From a virus (Duplodnaviria > Caudoviricetes), in the IMG/VR virus record IMGVR_UViG_3300037067_027616, positions 402,730-466,729 of that record: a DNA stretch of 64,000 nucleotides. One strand, 5' to 3'. The notes beneath the pieces were generated by a model. The model was not told where the DNA came from. It made no database searches and worked only from the letters and a program-made list of their open reading frames with translations. The position numbers and the translations under genes were made by a program. Numbering within the stretch: the stretch's first letter is position 1; each line of letters starts with the position of its first letter. This document shows, piece after piece, positions 1 through 9,070 of this stretch.

Positions 1-1029
1 GTCCCGGAGATTGACCTAGGGAACGTAGTCGTCAGTGGTGACACGGAATCTATCACGATCGGAACTGATGCACTCCTTGACGCCGAAACGCTTCAGCTTG
101 GCGGGGCGACCGCATTCAGGATCGATGAGATTAGTGCAAACCGATATGACATCCTGTACAAAACGAACGATGCTATACAATTTTTTGATGACCTGACCAA
201 CCCTACGGTGACCATCATCGTAGGCGCAAGTAACTACATTTTCAGTCAGACTTCTTTGACGGTGCCTGGGCTCTCAATGTCCGGTGACCTTACGGTGTCG
301 GGTGATATCTCTGGAACCAACTTGGCTATTAGCGGTGACGCTGAAATTACCGGGGACATATTGCCGGGTGCTCCGATGGGTAATATAGGTGCGCCAGCCG
401 TTGATGCCCGTTGGGAAAACGTTTATGCCTTGAATGGAAACTTCTCCGGCACTTTTGCAATAAACGGAGTCACTACCCTTAATGACGTTTTGAATGTTAC
501 AGGTAACGTGAATGTCACAGGGGATATAGAGGTTACGGGGGACGTCCTTCCTGTTGATGCGGTAAGAAACCTCGGGGCACCCGCAGTCGATGCCAGATGG
601 CAGAATGTGTACGCTCTGAATGGAAGCTTCTCCGGTGCTATGGCTGTATTGGGCGATATTTATTCAGTGGCTTTCGTAAGCTACACTTCGACTTTGACAG
701 GGTGGACGGTTGCTACAAACACGTTGTATTACAAAAAGATAGGCAAAACGGTGATTGTGCACGTCTACATCACAGGAACGTCAAACAGTGCCACGGCAAA
801 TTTCACTCTCCCTGTCGCGATGAACACGTCAGTGACACCGTTGTATTTTGCTCAAGCGGTGGCCGTTGAAGACGGCACCACGCCCCTAGCTCCCCCGGGG
901 AGTATCATATTGGTCCCGTCTATGTCGAGCACGGTTGCTTACTGCGGAAAAGACATGTCTGGTCCTGGCAATTTCACCGCCAGCGGTTCAAAAAGCATCA
1001 CAGGAACATTGATATACGAAGCGGCATAA
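1..1029 (+). CDS. Tail fibre / receptor-binding-like protein, C-terminal part (5' truncated by window edge)
   Basis: Frame is open from base 1 (VPEIDLGNVVVSGD...). G/T/N/V-rich beta-strand repeats (VTGNVNVTGDIEVTGD), a duplicated GD-LP...GAPAVDARW-NVYALNG-FSG block, and a C-terminal YKKIGKTVIVHV...FTLPV knob typical of phage fibres. Confidence 0.65.
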   Translation, partial: VPEIDLGNVVVSGDTESITIGTDALLDAETLQLGGATAFRIDEISANRYDILYKTNDAIQFFDDLTNPTVTIIVGASNYIFSQTSLTVPGLSMSGDLTVSGDISGTNLAISGDAEITGDILPGAPMGNIGAPAVDARWENVYALNGNFSGTFAINGVTTLNDVLNVTGNVNVTGDIEVTGDVLPVDAVRNLGAPAVDARWQNVYALNGSFSGAMAVLGDIYSVAFVSYTSTLTGWTVATNTLYYKKIGKTVIVHVYITGTSNSATANFTLPVAMNTSVTPLYFAQAVAVEDGTTPLAPPGSIILVPSMSSTVAYCGKDMSGPGNFTASGSKSITGTLIYEAA

Positions 1030-1051
1030 ATAAAATGAAAGGAACATCCAC

Positions 1052-1462
1052 ATGGAGATCAAAATCAGAAATGGTTTTTTGGTAAAGCCTGAGTTTCTGC
1101 AGCTTGTCGAGCGACTCCTACAGACGAGGCCCATGCCGGCGAAGGCATGCCTCGACATAAACGCAGCCATCGACAAGATGACTTCGCAGATCAACACGAT
1201 ACGCCGCACGCGCAATGACATCATAATGAGATACTGTGTGAAAGATAAAGACGGTATCCCGGTAACCGATGGAAACAAGTACACGTTCCCGGATGACAAA
1301 GCAAAACAGGTGTGCTTCAAGGAAATAGGCGATGTGGAGAAAGAGTTCTTCACCGTGGATATCTTGGAGCAGATAACTATGTACGATGACGAAACAATCA
1401 CCCCTGTTGAATTGCGGGTGTTGGGCGACCTCGTAAAGGTCGTTGAAAGGCCGAAAGCATGA
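1052..1462 (+). CDS. Small protein after the fibre gene, possible tail-fibre assembly chaperone
   Basis: RBS AAAGGA; position downstream of the fibre gene; IIMRYCVKDKDG-P motif resembles phage tail-associated small proteins. Confidence 0.4.
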   Translation: MEIKIRNGFLVKPEFLQLVERLLQTRPMPAKACLDINAAIDKMTSQINTIRRTRNDIIMRYCVKDKDGIPVTDGNKYTFPDDKAKQVCFKEIGDVEKEFFTVDILEQITMYDDETITPVELRVLGDLVKVVERPKA

Positions 1463-1782
1463 ATTCTCTAAAGGTTAAGGAAGCAGTGGATCACGCCAAA
1501 AAGGTTTCAGAGGCTTATGGTGTCAACATAGTCAAAGAAACCATTGAGTTGTTGAAAGAAGCCTCCGAGATGATCGACAAGGATGATGAAAATCTTTCAA
1601 CCTTGGCGGATGTTTGGTATGATGCGGGTGATAGTATCCTGAGGAGAGCTTTTCTCGGCACCGAGGGACACATGAGTTCCAAACAATCGGTAGTGATGAA
1701 GGCGGAGTGCAAGACTCTGGCGGAAGTCCTTTCCGAGGAGTTTGATACGGTTGAGGAGATAGAAAAAACCTTAGGGGGTTGA
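1459..1782 (+). CDS. Hypothetical protein
   Basis: ATGA overlap with the upstream stop; acidic helical ORF of 107 aa. Confidence 0.6.
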   Translation: MNSLKVKEAVDHAKKVSEAYGVNIVKETIELLKEASEMIDKDDENLSTLADVWYDAGDSILRRAFLGTEGHMSSKQSVVMKAECKTLAEVLSEEFDTVEEIEKTLGG

Positions 1783-1807
1783 CATCCTTCAGGTTTTGGT
1801 ATATATT
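1779..1807 (+). promoter_or_regulatory. Sigma70-type promoter
   Basis: TTGACA (1779-1784), 17 bp spacer, TATATT (1802-1807). Confidence 0.75.
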
Positions 1808-1950
1808 TGCTTCGTCAGCGTTGACAGATACACATCCAGATGCAAAGGCGAACATGCAGCCTTGAACGCATGTGCGGGAGAGCCGCCGCAGCCCCGAGAT
1901 GCTCAAGACAGCAGGCCCTGACAAGCCTGCACCACATAGGGGAGTATCCT

Positions 1951-2958
1951 ATGAACCGCAGTACGTTGTCCCTCCAAGACCGTGTCCAAAAGGCCGCGGA
2001 AGTTCTCAAGTGTGACAGTGACAAGATCAAGCAGGCCCTTGAGGGTCTCGGCATCGAGATCGGCGATGAGTTTGCCGAAGGCCTCATCGATGCTGAAACC
2101 ACTACGGAAGCCATGATCCAAAGTAAGTTGCGTGACTTCCTTGGACACGGTCTTGACCCGAAGACGGCACCCAAATCGGCGCGCTTGGCCGCTGCGACTG
2201 CCATCTTGAAAGGTAAGGATCCGTTCAAGAAGGAAGAGGAGAAGCCGACTGATGCTCCGTCCGTGAAGCTCGACACATCGAGTTCCACAGGTTCGTCAGG
2301 GGCCGACCTCGTAGTCAAACACCTCGAATCCTTGCGTCCTATCCCGACGTACAAGGATCGTGAACTGCTCGAGAAATATGCGAGCGTTCGTGATTATGAT
2401 ATTGAGCGGGAATTGGACTTGCGTAGTCGCGGACAGCCGTTCGTGGTTTTGAAGGACGGTGAGAAGCGGGAACCAGGCAAAGAGGTCATCGACATTGACT
2501 ACAGCATGGATCTTCTGAAAAGGGCACGCAGGGGCAAGGTGAACAGCACGATCGTTCCCTACGGAAATAAGGTAGCCAACGTCTATCGCATCACCGAACT
2601 GAACATGGACGACCGTAAGGTCGAATTGTGTCCGATCTGTGGCGAGACGCTCTACAAAGGCTACTGCGAGAAGTGCGAACTGAATTTTCAAGCAATTGGA
2701 AAGGATGAGCGCTCCTACATGAGGGTCATTATTGACCACTCGATCAGTTTCCAGAGGGGTAGCTTCGCTGACCGCAAAGCTCTGCATGCCAGTGCCACTA
2801 AAGGATTGGGTGACCTCAGGGCGACATGGCCGAGTGTGAGTGCTCTTTTTGATGACTTGAAGGAGACAGATAGTCTTCCGAAGCTTGTGCTCATCGAGAA
2901 CAGGCCCAGCAGGACCATCGCCGATCCGTTCCACGTCGCAGGTAATCGGTCGTACTAG
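1951..2958 (+). CDS. Hypothetical protein with zinc ribbon
   Basis: GGGGAG RBS before ATG 1951; CPICG...CEKC motif; followed by a strong hairpin. Confidence 0.7.
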   Translation: MNRSTLSLQDRVQKAAEVLKCDSDKIKQALEGLGIEIGDEFAEGLIDAETTTEAMIQSKLRDFLGHGLDPKTAPKSARLAAATAILKGKDPFKKEEEKPTDAPSVKLDTSSSTGSSGADLVVKHLESLRPIPTYKDRELLEKYASVRDYDIERELDLRSRGQPFVVLKDGEKREPGKEVIDIDYSMDLLKRARRGKVNSTIVPYGNKVANVYRITELNMDDRKVELCPICGETLYKGYCEKCELNFQAIGKDERSYMRVIIDHSISFQRGSFADRKALHASATKGLGDLRATWPSVSALFDDLKETDSLPKLVLIENRPSRTIADPFHVAGNRSY

Positions 2959-2964
2959 CAAAAC

Positions 2965-3005
2965 AGGAAGGTGACGGGGATTGCTTTCCTCGTCACCTTC
3001 CTTTC
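2965..3005 (+). terminator. Intrinsic terminator-like hairpin
   Basis: AGGAAGGTGACGGGGA / TCCTCGTCACCTTCCT 16-bp stem followed by a short T run. Confidence 0.6.
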
Positions 3006-3022
3006 ACCTTGCCTTGGAGGGC

Positions 3023-4171
3023 ATGAAAATGAAAACAGAAACACTTATGAAATACAAAGGGTTTTTTGCACAGATTATGGAGGCTGAAAGGCTCGTTGGT
3101 GATCAGACGTTTGGTCTGCCCCCGGGATCCGCTCTCCCCGCCTATTGTTCAAACATCTTCAAAGAATACCCACAGAATTGGATGCGCGGACCGGGAGTGT
3201 TCGTTATACCCGTTCGTCCGAACAAAGGTTTATGGTTCGATTTCACTCCTAATGATCATGCCAATACGGCCGTGCTTCCCACAGTAAAAGGATGCAATCC
3301 CATCACGGGACTGCAGACGTCAGGATATCATCTTGAACGGTATGATACGAAATGTCCGAAGCACAACAAGGAGTTTGGCCCCGACAGGTTCTGTGAGGAA
3401 TGTGGGTACAAATGGCCATTCGGCAACTATGTAGCCCGGCCAAACGTACTTTGGCTGGACGGGTTCCGGGATTCCGGAGATGGCACCGTACGCCAGTTCT
3501 TCTTCACCGAAGACGAGGTCCGCGACATCGCCACGAAGATGATCGGCAAGGAGAACACTGTTCCTGCATTTGGATTTGCGTTCTACAGGCCAAAGGTCGA
3601 GAGGCCCCGTGAGCAAAGAACTATGCGCGGTGATAGTTTCTTATATAAGACCTTGGTGCCCGATGCTTATCTGGATGTCAAAGGTGCTAATACATCTTGG
3701 ACTTTGTCTAATTCTTCAGGGTCAATGACATACAGTGTTCCCGGTGCAAACAAGGTTTGTTTCTGCAACACGAGTTATTTGGTGGGTTCTTTGGGCGAGA
3801 AGTCCATGCCTTCTGCTGCAGGGATGACTTCAGAATTTGACGATATGAATTTTGTTGATAAGGAACATACAGCATCCGCCGCACCGTACAAGTCGCCCCC
3901 CAAGGATAGGGTGTTACGCAAAAAGGCTGTCCAGGCACGTTTGGGGGAAGACTATCAACCCAAGAAGGAAGTAGCCATCGGCGCAGGTGCAAAAATAGCG
4001 CAAGATCTTATTGAGGATCCCTATCCATTGGACACGTGGAAGGACACCCCGGATAGCGTCATGACCATCTATTTCGTCTTCAAGGACGAGGTGGACAGGA
4101 TGCTCTCCAAGGGTGTTGTTGACACGACTGAAAAGCCCGAAGGCATGTTGGAAGGCATGCCGGTGGGATAA
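3023..4171 (+). CDS. Conserved hypothetical protein with inserted Zn-binding segment
   Basis: GGAGG RBS; motifs GLPPG, GVFVIP..LWFDF, WLDGF..GTVRQF, GAGAKIAQDLIEDPYPLDTW; CPKH...CEEC insert. Confidence 0.7.
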   Translation: MKMKTETLMKYKGFFAQIMEAERLVGDQTFGLPPGSALPAYCSNIFKEYPQNWMRGPGVFVIPVRPNKGLWFDFTPNDHANTAVLPTVKGCNPITGLQTSGYHLERYDTKCPKHNKEFGPDRFCEECGYKWPFGNYVARPNVLWLDGFRDSGDGTVRQFFFTEDEVRDIATKMIGKENTVPAFGFAFYRPKVERPREQRTMRGDSFLYKTLVPDAYLDVKGANTSWTLSNSSGSMTYSVPGANKVCFCNTSYLVGSLGEKSMPSAAGMTSEFDDMNFVDKEHTASAAPYKSPPKDRVLRKKAVQARLGEDYQPKKEVAIGAGAKIAQDLIEDPYPLDTWKDTPDSVMTIYFVFKDEVDRMLSKGVVDTTEKPEGMLEGMPVG

Positions 4172-4204
4172 CCATACATACCTTTAACAGAAGTAGGTAT
4201 CAGC

Positions 4205-4711
4205 ATGAAATCAAGAGTTTCAAATGAAGAGTCACTCATCTGTAAACGCATGAACGGTCTTGAGAAAATGATGGCCTTGTTGTATGACCGGGTCGATGCT
4301 GCAATGTCTGATGTGAACAAAAAGACCACACAGTCTCTGGCGGAGTTCGTGGGGGACAGGATTTTGCTCATACTGTTTCAGATAGCATCGGTGGAATACA
4401 TCCTTACTCCTGAAAATAGGGTGGCTTTAATTTTGAAGGCTGTTGAGAAGGCAATAGAAGATTTCCCTAAAGACACGGGTCACGAGGATTGTGGCGAGAT
4501 GGTTAGGATGCAAAAATATTTTGAGAGCGTCTTCAAAGCTACCGTGCCACCGATGGTAGACTCTATCGAGCCTCCACCACAACCAGAAGTTTCAAGGGAA
4601 GTACCACCGTCTGGTGACCGCTTGGATGAGTTGCTGAAGAAGGTGGCTTACTATGATACTTCTCGCAAGCGTGCCAAATCCCACAAGAAAAACCCCCGGA
4701 AAAGAAGGTAG
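4205..4711 (+). CDS. Hypothetical protein
   Basis: 168-aa ORF in the + strand gene run. Confidence 0.55.
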   Translation: MKSRVSNEESLICKRMNGLEKMMALLYDRVDAAMSDVNKKTTQSLAEFVGDRILLILFQIASVEYILTPENRVALILKAVEKAIEDFPKDTGHEDCGEMVRMQKYFESVFKATVPPMVDSIEPPPQPEVSREVPPSGDRLDELLKKVAYYDTSRKRAKSHKKNPRKRR

Positions 4712-4712
4712 T

Positions 4713-5003
4713 ATGGTCACCACGAATACATCTTGGGCGCCTTCCTCCACTACGGGAACGTGGCTGCCTGGTTTTTCTACATCAACCTTGAAACCTGTAT
4801 GTTGCTCGCAATGTGGCAGGTCCTTGGAAGGCCAGACAACGACTACATATATCAATGGCCAACCGTGGTGTGCTTGGTGCCAACAGGCTTGTTTCGGGGA
4901 ATGGGCGCGTAATCCGAGTCTTTTTATGTGGATCTCAAGCCACATATCAGATATTGCCGAATATGGACGCAATCACCCCGAAATGTTTCGACAGTCTGGT
5001 TGA
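4713..5003 (+). CDS. Small Zn-finger protein
   Basis: CSQC...CAWC; starts just after the upstream stop. Confidence 0.5.
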   Translation: MVTTNTSWAPSSTTGTWLPGFSTSTLKPVCCSQCGRSLEGQTTTTYINGQPWCAWCQQACFGEWARNPSLFMWISSHISDIAEYGRNHPEMFRQSG

Positions 5004-5083
5004 CACCCGCAATTTGCGATAATCGATTCATTGAGGTCGTCCTTGTACAGGACGACCTTTTTGTTGTCCCGCGTGGAGGTTTC

Positions 5084-5359
5084 ATGCGCGTGCGTGCTTT
5101 ATATATACTCCAGGAACAAATGCGGGAGATGGAGATTTACCGATGGATTCGTTCCGAGGAGGCAAAATATGACCTTGGCGAGACCGCATACTACGGGTGG
5201 GTCGAGGAATACGCCGCGTCCTTCAGGAAGTGGTCTGACAGCATCCCCGCTGAATGTGTGGGATGCGGGGCATGTATGACAGGCGAAACGGGTATGGAGT
5301 GTCCGAACCCTTTCAATGTACAACGTAAGGAACGTATCAAGTCAATGGGGATTCTATGA
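5084..5359 (+). CDS. Hypothetical protein
   Basis: GGAGG RBS; YRWIRSEEAKYDLGE..WVEEYA motif with C-terminal cysteines. Confidence 0.55.
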   Translation: MRVRALYILQEQMREMEIYRWIRSEEAKYDLGETAYYGWVEEYAASFRKWSDSIPAECVGCGACMTGETGMECPNPFNVQRKERIKSMGIL

Positions 5360-5604
5360 AAATATATGTAGTTACCATGTATAGGTGGGGTGACCGTGAG
5401 AACCATTCGTATGTCGTTGGCGCATTTGCAGATGACGAGGAAAGGGCCGTCAGGCTGGGGAAGGAGATGCACGAATACCGCGGGGGTAAATACGACCCTG
5501 AAGTGGTGTGCTTCGACCACTCCACAAACCCTCCGACCATGACCGTTGTGTACCCTGTTGAAAAGTTTGATTCGAAGGTATTCAAGGGGTTGTCGGAAGG
5601 TTAA
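5356..5604 (+). CDS. Hypothetical phage protein
   Basis: ATGA coupling; IYVVTMYRWGDRENHSYVVG...RGGKY motif. Confidence 0.6.
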   Translation: MKIYVVTMYRWGDRENHSYVVGAFADDEERAVRLGKEMHEYRGGKYDPEVVCFDHSTNPPTMTVVYPVEKFDSKVFKGLSEG

Positions 5605-5655
5605 TAATACTTCTTTTATAAGAATTCTTAAGCAAATTCAGCACAGGAGTCCCTA

Positions 5656-6537
5656 ATGTTTGACATCGTTTCTTACGCACAGAAGTACCTCGAAGAGCCT
5701 GTTTCTTCAGAGGTTGACGCTAAATTGTCCGATTTGTTCAAGAAGAAGGCCCCGACACCCGCTCCGGCACCAGAGCCTGAACCCCTTGTGAAGGGTGAGG
5801 TGCAACCGCAACTTACCGATGAATCTGTTGATAAATCAATAAGGGGTATGAAGGGTTTGTCTAATTTTTTGTTTAGCATAGGTGTAAAACCTCATACTTG
5901 GGCTATGTTGTCTCCGGCAGAAAAGAAAAATGTTTCAGAAACTTTGTTTCCTAAGCCTGTTGGTCGTGGTAGTTTTGATTTGACTGGAGGGGTAATATAT
6001 CTTGACTATCCGCGATATGGTATTGAGGGGCAAAAAAGATTAGAATCCTTCGTCAATAAACTTTTGTCAAAGTTGTCCGGTTTTCCTGAATTTAAGTCTG
6101 ATGTAGAGGAATATATGTCGAAGTTTTTGAAAGACCCCAACAAAACTAAACCAGAAAATAAACCCGGAGAATTAGGGTATCATACTTCTGTACGGGATTA
6201 CCCACCTACAGGAAAAGAAATGCCAAAACTCGCCTCTGAAGAACTTATCGCCTCCGATGTGGCCCTCATAGAGATGTCCCTGCAGGAAGTAGAAGCGGCC
6301 GACCGTGAAATCAATGCGGCGTGGGAAACCATCGAGGCTGCCCGGAAGCGCAAGAAGAAATGGGTACAAAACATAAATTTGAAAAAGGGTCGGTTAACAA
6401 AATACAAAAGGCCCGGAGAGTCCATGGAGGACGCGGCGAATCGTGCTCTTAATAGCGATGACCCCTCTGTCCGCGGAATGGGCTCATTTTTTATGGCCGC
6501 CCATAAGTTCAAGCACAAGAAGGGTAAAGGCGCGTAG
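5656..6537 (+). CDS. Hypothetical protein, possibly virion-internal
   Basis: AGGAG RBS; basic C-terminal KKWVQNINLKKGRL segment; AT-richer central section. Confidence 0.55.
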   Translation: MFDIVSYAQKYLEEPVSSEVDAKLSDLFKKKAPTPAPAPEPEPLVKGEVQPQLTDESVDKSIRGMKGLSNFLFSIGVKPHTWAMLSPAEKKNVSETLFPKPVGRGSFDLTGGVIYLDYPRYGIEGQKRLESFVNKLLSKLSGFPEFKSDVEEYMSKFLKDPNKTKPENKPGELGYHTSVRDYPPTGKEMPKLASEELIASDVALIEMSLQEVEAADREINAAWETIEAARKRKKKWVQNINLKKGRLTKYKRPGESMEDAANRALNSDDPSVRGMGSFFMAAHKFKHKKGKGA

Positions 6538-6548
6538 GGGGTAAATTT

Positions 6549-6920
6549 ATGAACCCACATTGTTGCCGTTGTGGTACTACAGACCCCTCACCGATGCGCG
6601 ACAGCGATGGTGACCTCATCTATTGGTTCAGGGTGGAGGAGGATGAGGACGGTGAGGACAGGCTGTGCGCCGGGGAGAAGGAACCAGATGATGACGAGGA
6701 CACCGTGGCCTTCACGGGCATCACCAAAAAGAATTTTGAGTTCGATGACTCCTATAAAATAATGTGTCCTGAATGTGCCTCTGAAGAATGCGAGTACATC
6801 AAAGGGGACATTGTTGACAGCATTGTGGGATTGGACGATGACGGTTGGATGGAGGATGGGTTCGACCCGTTTTCAAGCGATGATGTAACGGATGAAGATC
6901 CCGATGACGATGACGATTAG
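6549..6920 (+). CDS. Acidic Zn-binding hypothetical protein
   Basis: CCRC...CPEC; D/E-rich. Confidence 0.55.
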   Translation: MNPHCCRCGTTDPSPMRDSDGDLIYWFRVEEDEDGEDRLCAGEKEPDDDEDTVAFTGITKKNFEFDDSYKIMCPECASEECEYIKGDIVDSIVGLDDDGWMEDGFDPFSSDDVTDEDPDDDDD

Positions 6921-7318
6921 CGCCTAGCCGACCTTTTTGCTTTATTTTTGCTTTCAGAGGGCTTCTTTGGTTTGGAAGCCCTTTGCTTATAGTTCTCGGG
7001 GACCATCTTCTTTTTGACTTCCTCGTATGCCCCGCGTATGCCACTGCTGATGATGTCCATCTGCGTGTGTGTCATTAAGAACATATCCTGCTCATCAGGG
7101 AAATCGCGCGTAAAGGTGCACCCGGTCATGTAGCTGGCGCCCTCGAACAGTTCATGGTGCAGGGTGTTGAGGAAGTCTTCAAGGTCGAATTTGTCATCTA
7201 TGGTTATGAGGCGTGCCACGGCATCGCACTCGCCGCCATCGTCTCCAGGCACCGGGCCACGCACGCATTTCCATTTTTGTCCAAACCATTGGAACTCGCA
7301 CGAGTGCACCATGGACAT
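6917..7318 (-). CDS. Hypothetical protein, degenerate zincin-like
   Basis: The only convincing minus-strand gene: GGAG RBS on the minus strand, LITIDD...TLHHELFEG resembling HExxH-type phage peptidases, divergent from the 7526 gene. Confidence 0.5.
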   Translation of the reverse strand: MSMVHSCEFQWFGQKWKCVRGPVPGDDGGECDAVARLITIDDKFDLEDFLNTLHHELFEGASYMTGCTFTRDFPDEQDMFLMTHTQMDIISSGIRGAYEEVKKKMVPENYKQRASKPKKPSESKNKAKRSARR

Positions 7319-7525
7319 CTCCTATATGGGTATCGTATGAAAGGACGCCTCAATGAGAAGGTTATTAGGGTGAAAAATCTTGACTTGTAATAATGCGTTC
7401 ATAGACTGTCAAGTATGGACACCACCCACGTCCATTATCAAAAATGTTAAAAACAACCTGTCAAGACACTATATTGCATAAAAGGGGCGTTTCAGGCTCC
7501 TGTATGCCATAGAAAGGACTTTGTC

Positions 7526-8749
7526 ATGGCCAAAAAGGATTTAACGAAGAAACTCAGGTTGGTACGTTCAGGACAGGTTGGTGCAGGAGCCACGGCCTCC
7601 GCTGATGCCGAACAAAATGTGGATCAATACGGTTTGTCGATGCAGGAGGGTATCACCCGCCTCGAGGACGAGAACCGTAAGTTGCGCACGGAGCTTAAAA
7701 CGGCACAACGCGACTCGACGGTGTTCAAGATGCTTGCGGCGGTCATCGAGCAACAACCGCCGTTCTCCACGTTCACGCCATACAGTTCCATCATAGATCG
7801 TAAAACACGCATTACCGAATCGGCCATGCTTGTGTTCTCCGACAGCCATGCCGACCAGGAGATAATCGCCAACCGCGTCAGGGGCCTAGAGGAGTACGGG
7901 TTCGATATTGCTTGTCAGCGTGCGGAAAGAATAGTAGACACGACGATAAGTCACCTCATCGACAACATGAAGAACTACAGGTTTGAAACGCTTTACATTG
8001 CAGGTCTCGGTGATTACGTGAACGGCGAGATACACGGGGCCTCCGAACACAGCAAATGGCACAACGCCTTGAAGAATTCCATGGGAATGGGCGAACTGTT
8101 TGCCATGATGATAACCGATCTTTCAAGGTACTTCAAAAAGATTGTCGTGTGCAGCGTGTCCGGCAACCACGGTCGCAGATCAGCCAAGAAGGACTACCGA
8201 GGTGCACACGACAATTGGGATTACCTTGTAATTTCCCATGCCGCCACAAGGTTGAAGGGACTCATCGAGCAAGGCCGGGTGGAGATAGTTGCTCCGGACG
8301 CGTGGTCGATGATTGTGAATATATACGGATGGAATTTTGTTCTCAATCACGGTGACGACATCAGATCTTGGAATAGTCTCCCATGGTATGGGATCGAGAG
8401 GAAGACCCGCCGGCTCAATGCCATCGGGACTGTGACCGGGCAGATGCCAAATTATTATCTGTTTGGTCATTTTCATAATATGGGTTCACAACAGCATACG
8501 ACGGGGGAGACGATCGTAAATGGAAATTGGTGTGCCACAGACGAATATGCTTTGGAAAGTCTCGGGGCCTATTCGGAGCCTTATCAATGGCTCATGGGAA
8601 TTCACCCCACCTATGGTCTTACATGGCGCCTTCCAATAAAACTCAGGAAGAAGGATTGGCGTGAGTCTCTCGGTAAGGCTTCCAGGTACACTATTACACA
8701 ACTTGAGGGTAATTCGTTGGTGGGGGTTGACAAAGTTACTGAAGCGTAG
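7526..8749 (+). CDS. Calcineurin-like metallophosphoesterase with N-terminal coiled coil
   Basis: Motifs SDSH, GDYVNG, GNHG, HGD and GHFH in canonical order. Confidence 0.85.
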   Translation: MAKKDLTKKLRLVRSGQVGAGATASADAEQNVDQYGLSMQEGITRLEDENRKLRTELKTAQRDSTVFKMLAAVIEQQPPFSTFTPYSSIIDRKTRITESAMLVFSDSHADQEIIANRVRGLEEYGFDIACQRAERIVDTTISHLIDNMKNYRFETLYIAGLGDYVNGEIHGASEHSKWHNALKNSMGMGELFAMMITDLSRYFKKIVVCSVSGNHGRRSAKKDYRGAHDNWDYLVISHAATRLKGLIEQGRVEIVAPDAWSMIVNIYGWNFVLNHGDDIRSWNSLPWYGIERKTRRLNAIGTVTGQMPNYYLFGHFHNMGSQQHTTGETIVNGNWCATDEYALESLGAYSEPYQWLMGIHPTYGLTWRLPIKLRKKDWRESLGKASRYTITQLEGNSLVGVDKVTEA

Positions 8750-8755
8750 TATATT
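8727..8755 (+). promoter_or_regulatory. Sigma70-type promoter driving the ncRNA array
   Basis: TTGACA (8727-8732), 17 bp, TATATT (8750-8755); the first RNA stem begins about 7 nt downstream. Confidence 0.8.
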
Positions 8756-8761
8756 ATGTCC

Positions 8762-8928
8762 GTTGTGGTTCTTTCTCATTCCGGTCAGCACTCCATGCGA
8801 GGGCGTACATGTATAGCTCAATTGGATAGAGCGCAAGACTATTAATCTTGAGGTTGCGGGATCATATCCTGCTACAAATGTTACACACGCACTAGCGACT
8901 TGTGCTGATTGGAATGAGGAAGAACAAC
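8762..8928 (+). ncRNA. Structured RNA unit 1 (Y-RNA-like, tRNA-like apical domain, anticodon-position ATT)
   Basis: Basal stem GTTCTTTCTCATTCCGGTCAGCAC / GTGCTGATTGGAATGAGGAAGAAC. Core TCCATGCGAGGGCGTACAT...ACGCACTAGCGACTT. D-arm TAGCTCAATTGGATAGAGC, anticodon arm CAAGA-CTATTAA-TCTTG, T-arm GCGGG-ATCATAT-CCTGC. Confidence 0.75.
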
Positions 8929-8931
8929 TCT

Positions 8932-9068
8932 TTGAAAGTAAGTCTGCTCTCCACACCGGGGGCCTACATTCGATGGATAGTCGATGCTACGTACCGGGTT
9001 CTCCATAAGCCGTAAGTGCTTATGGTGGCTCGGTAAAGCAACCGGAACTCGAGCAGGTTTACCTTCAA
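8932..9068 (+). ncRNA. Structured RNA unit 2 (same core, hairpin apical domain)
   Basis: Basal stem TTGAAAGTAAGTCTGCTC / GAGCAGGTTTACCTTCAA. Core TCCACACCGGGGGCCTACATTCGAT...GCAACCGGAACTC. Apical CCATAAGC/GCTTATGG hairpin. Confidence 0.65.
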
Positions 9069-9070
9069 TT

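Noticed and set aside
7376-7475. Repeated TGTCAAG/CTTGAC as operator or minus-strand promoters
   Set aside because: Spacing to a -10 element is non-canonical (about 19 bp) and only 2-3 short copies exist; not enough support.
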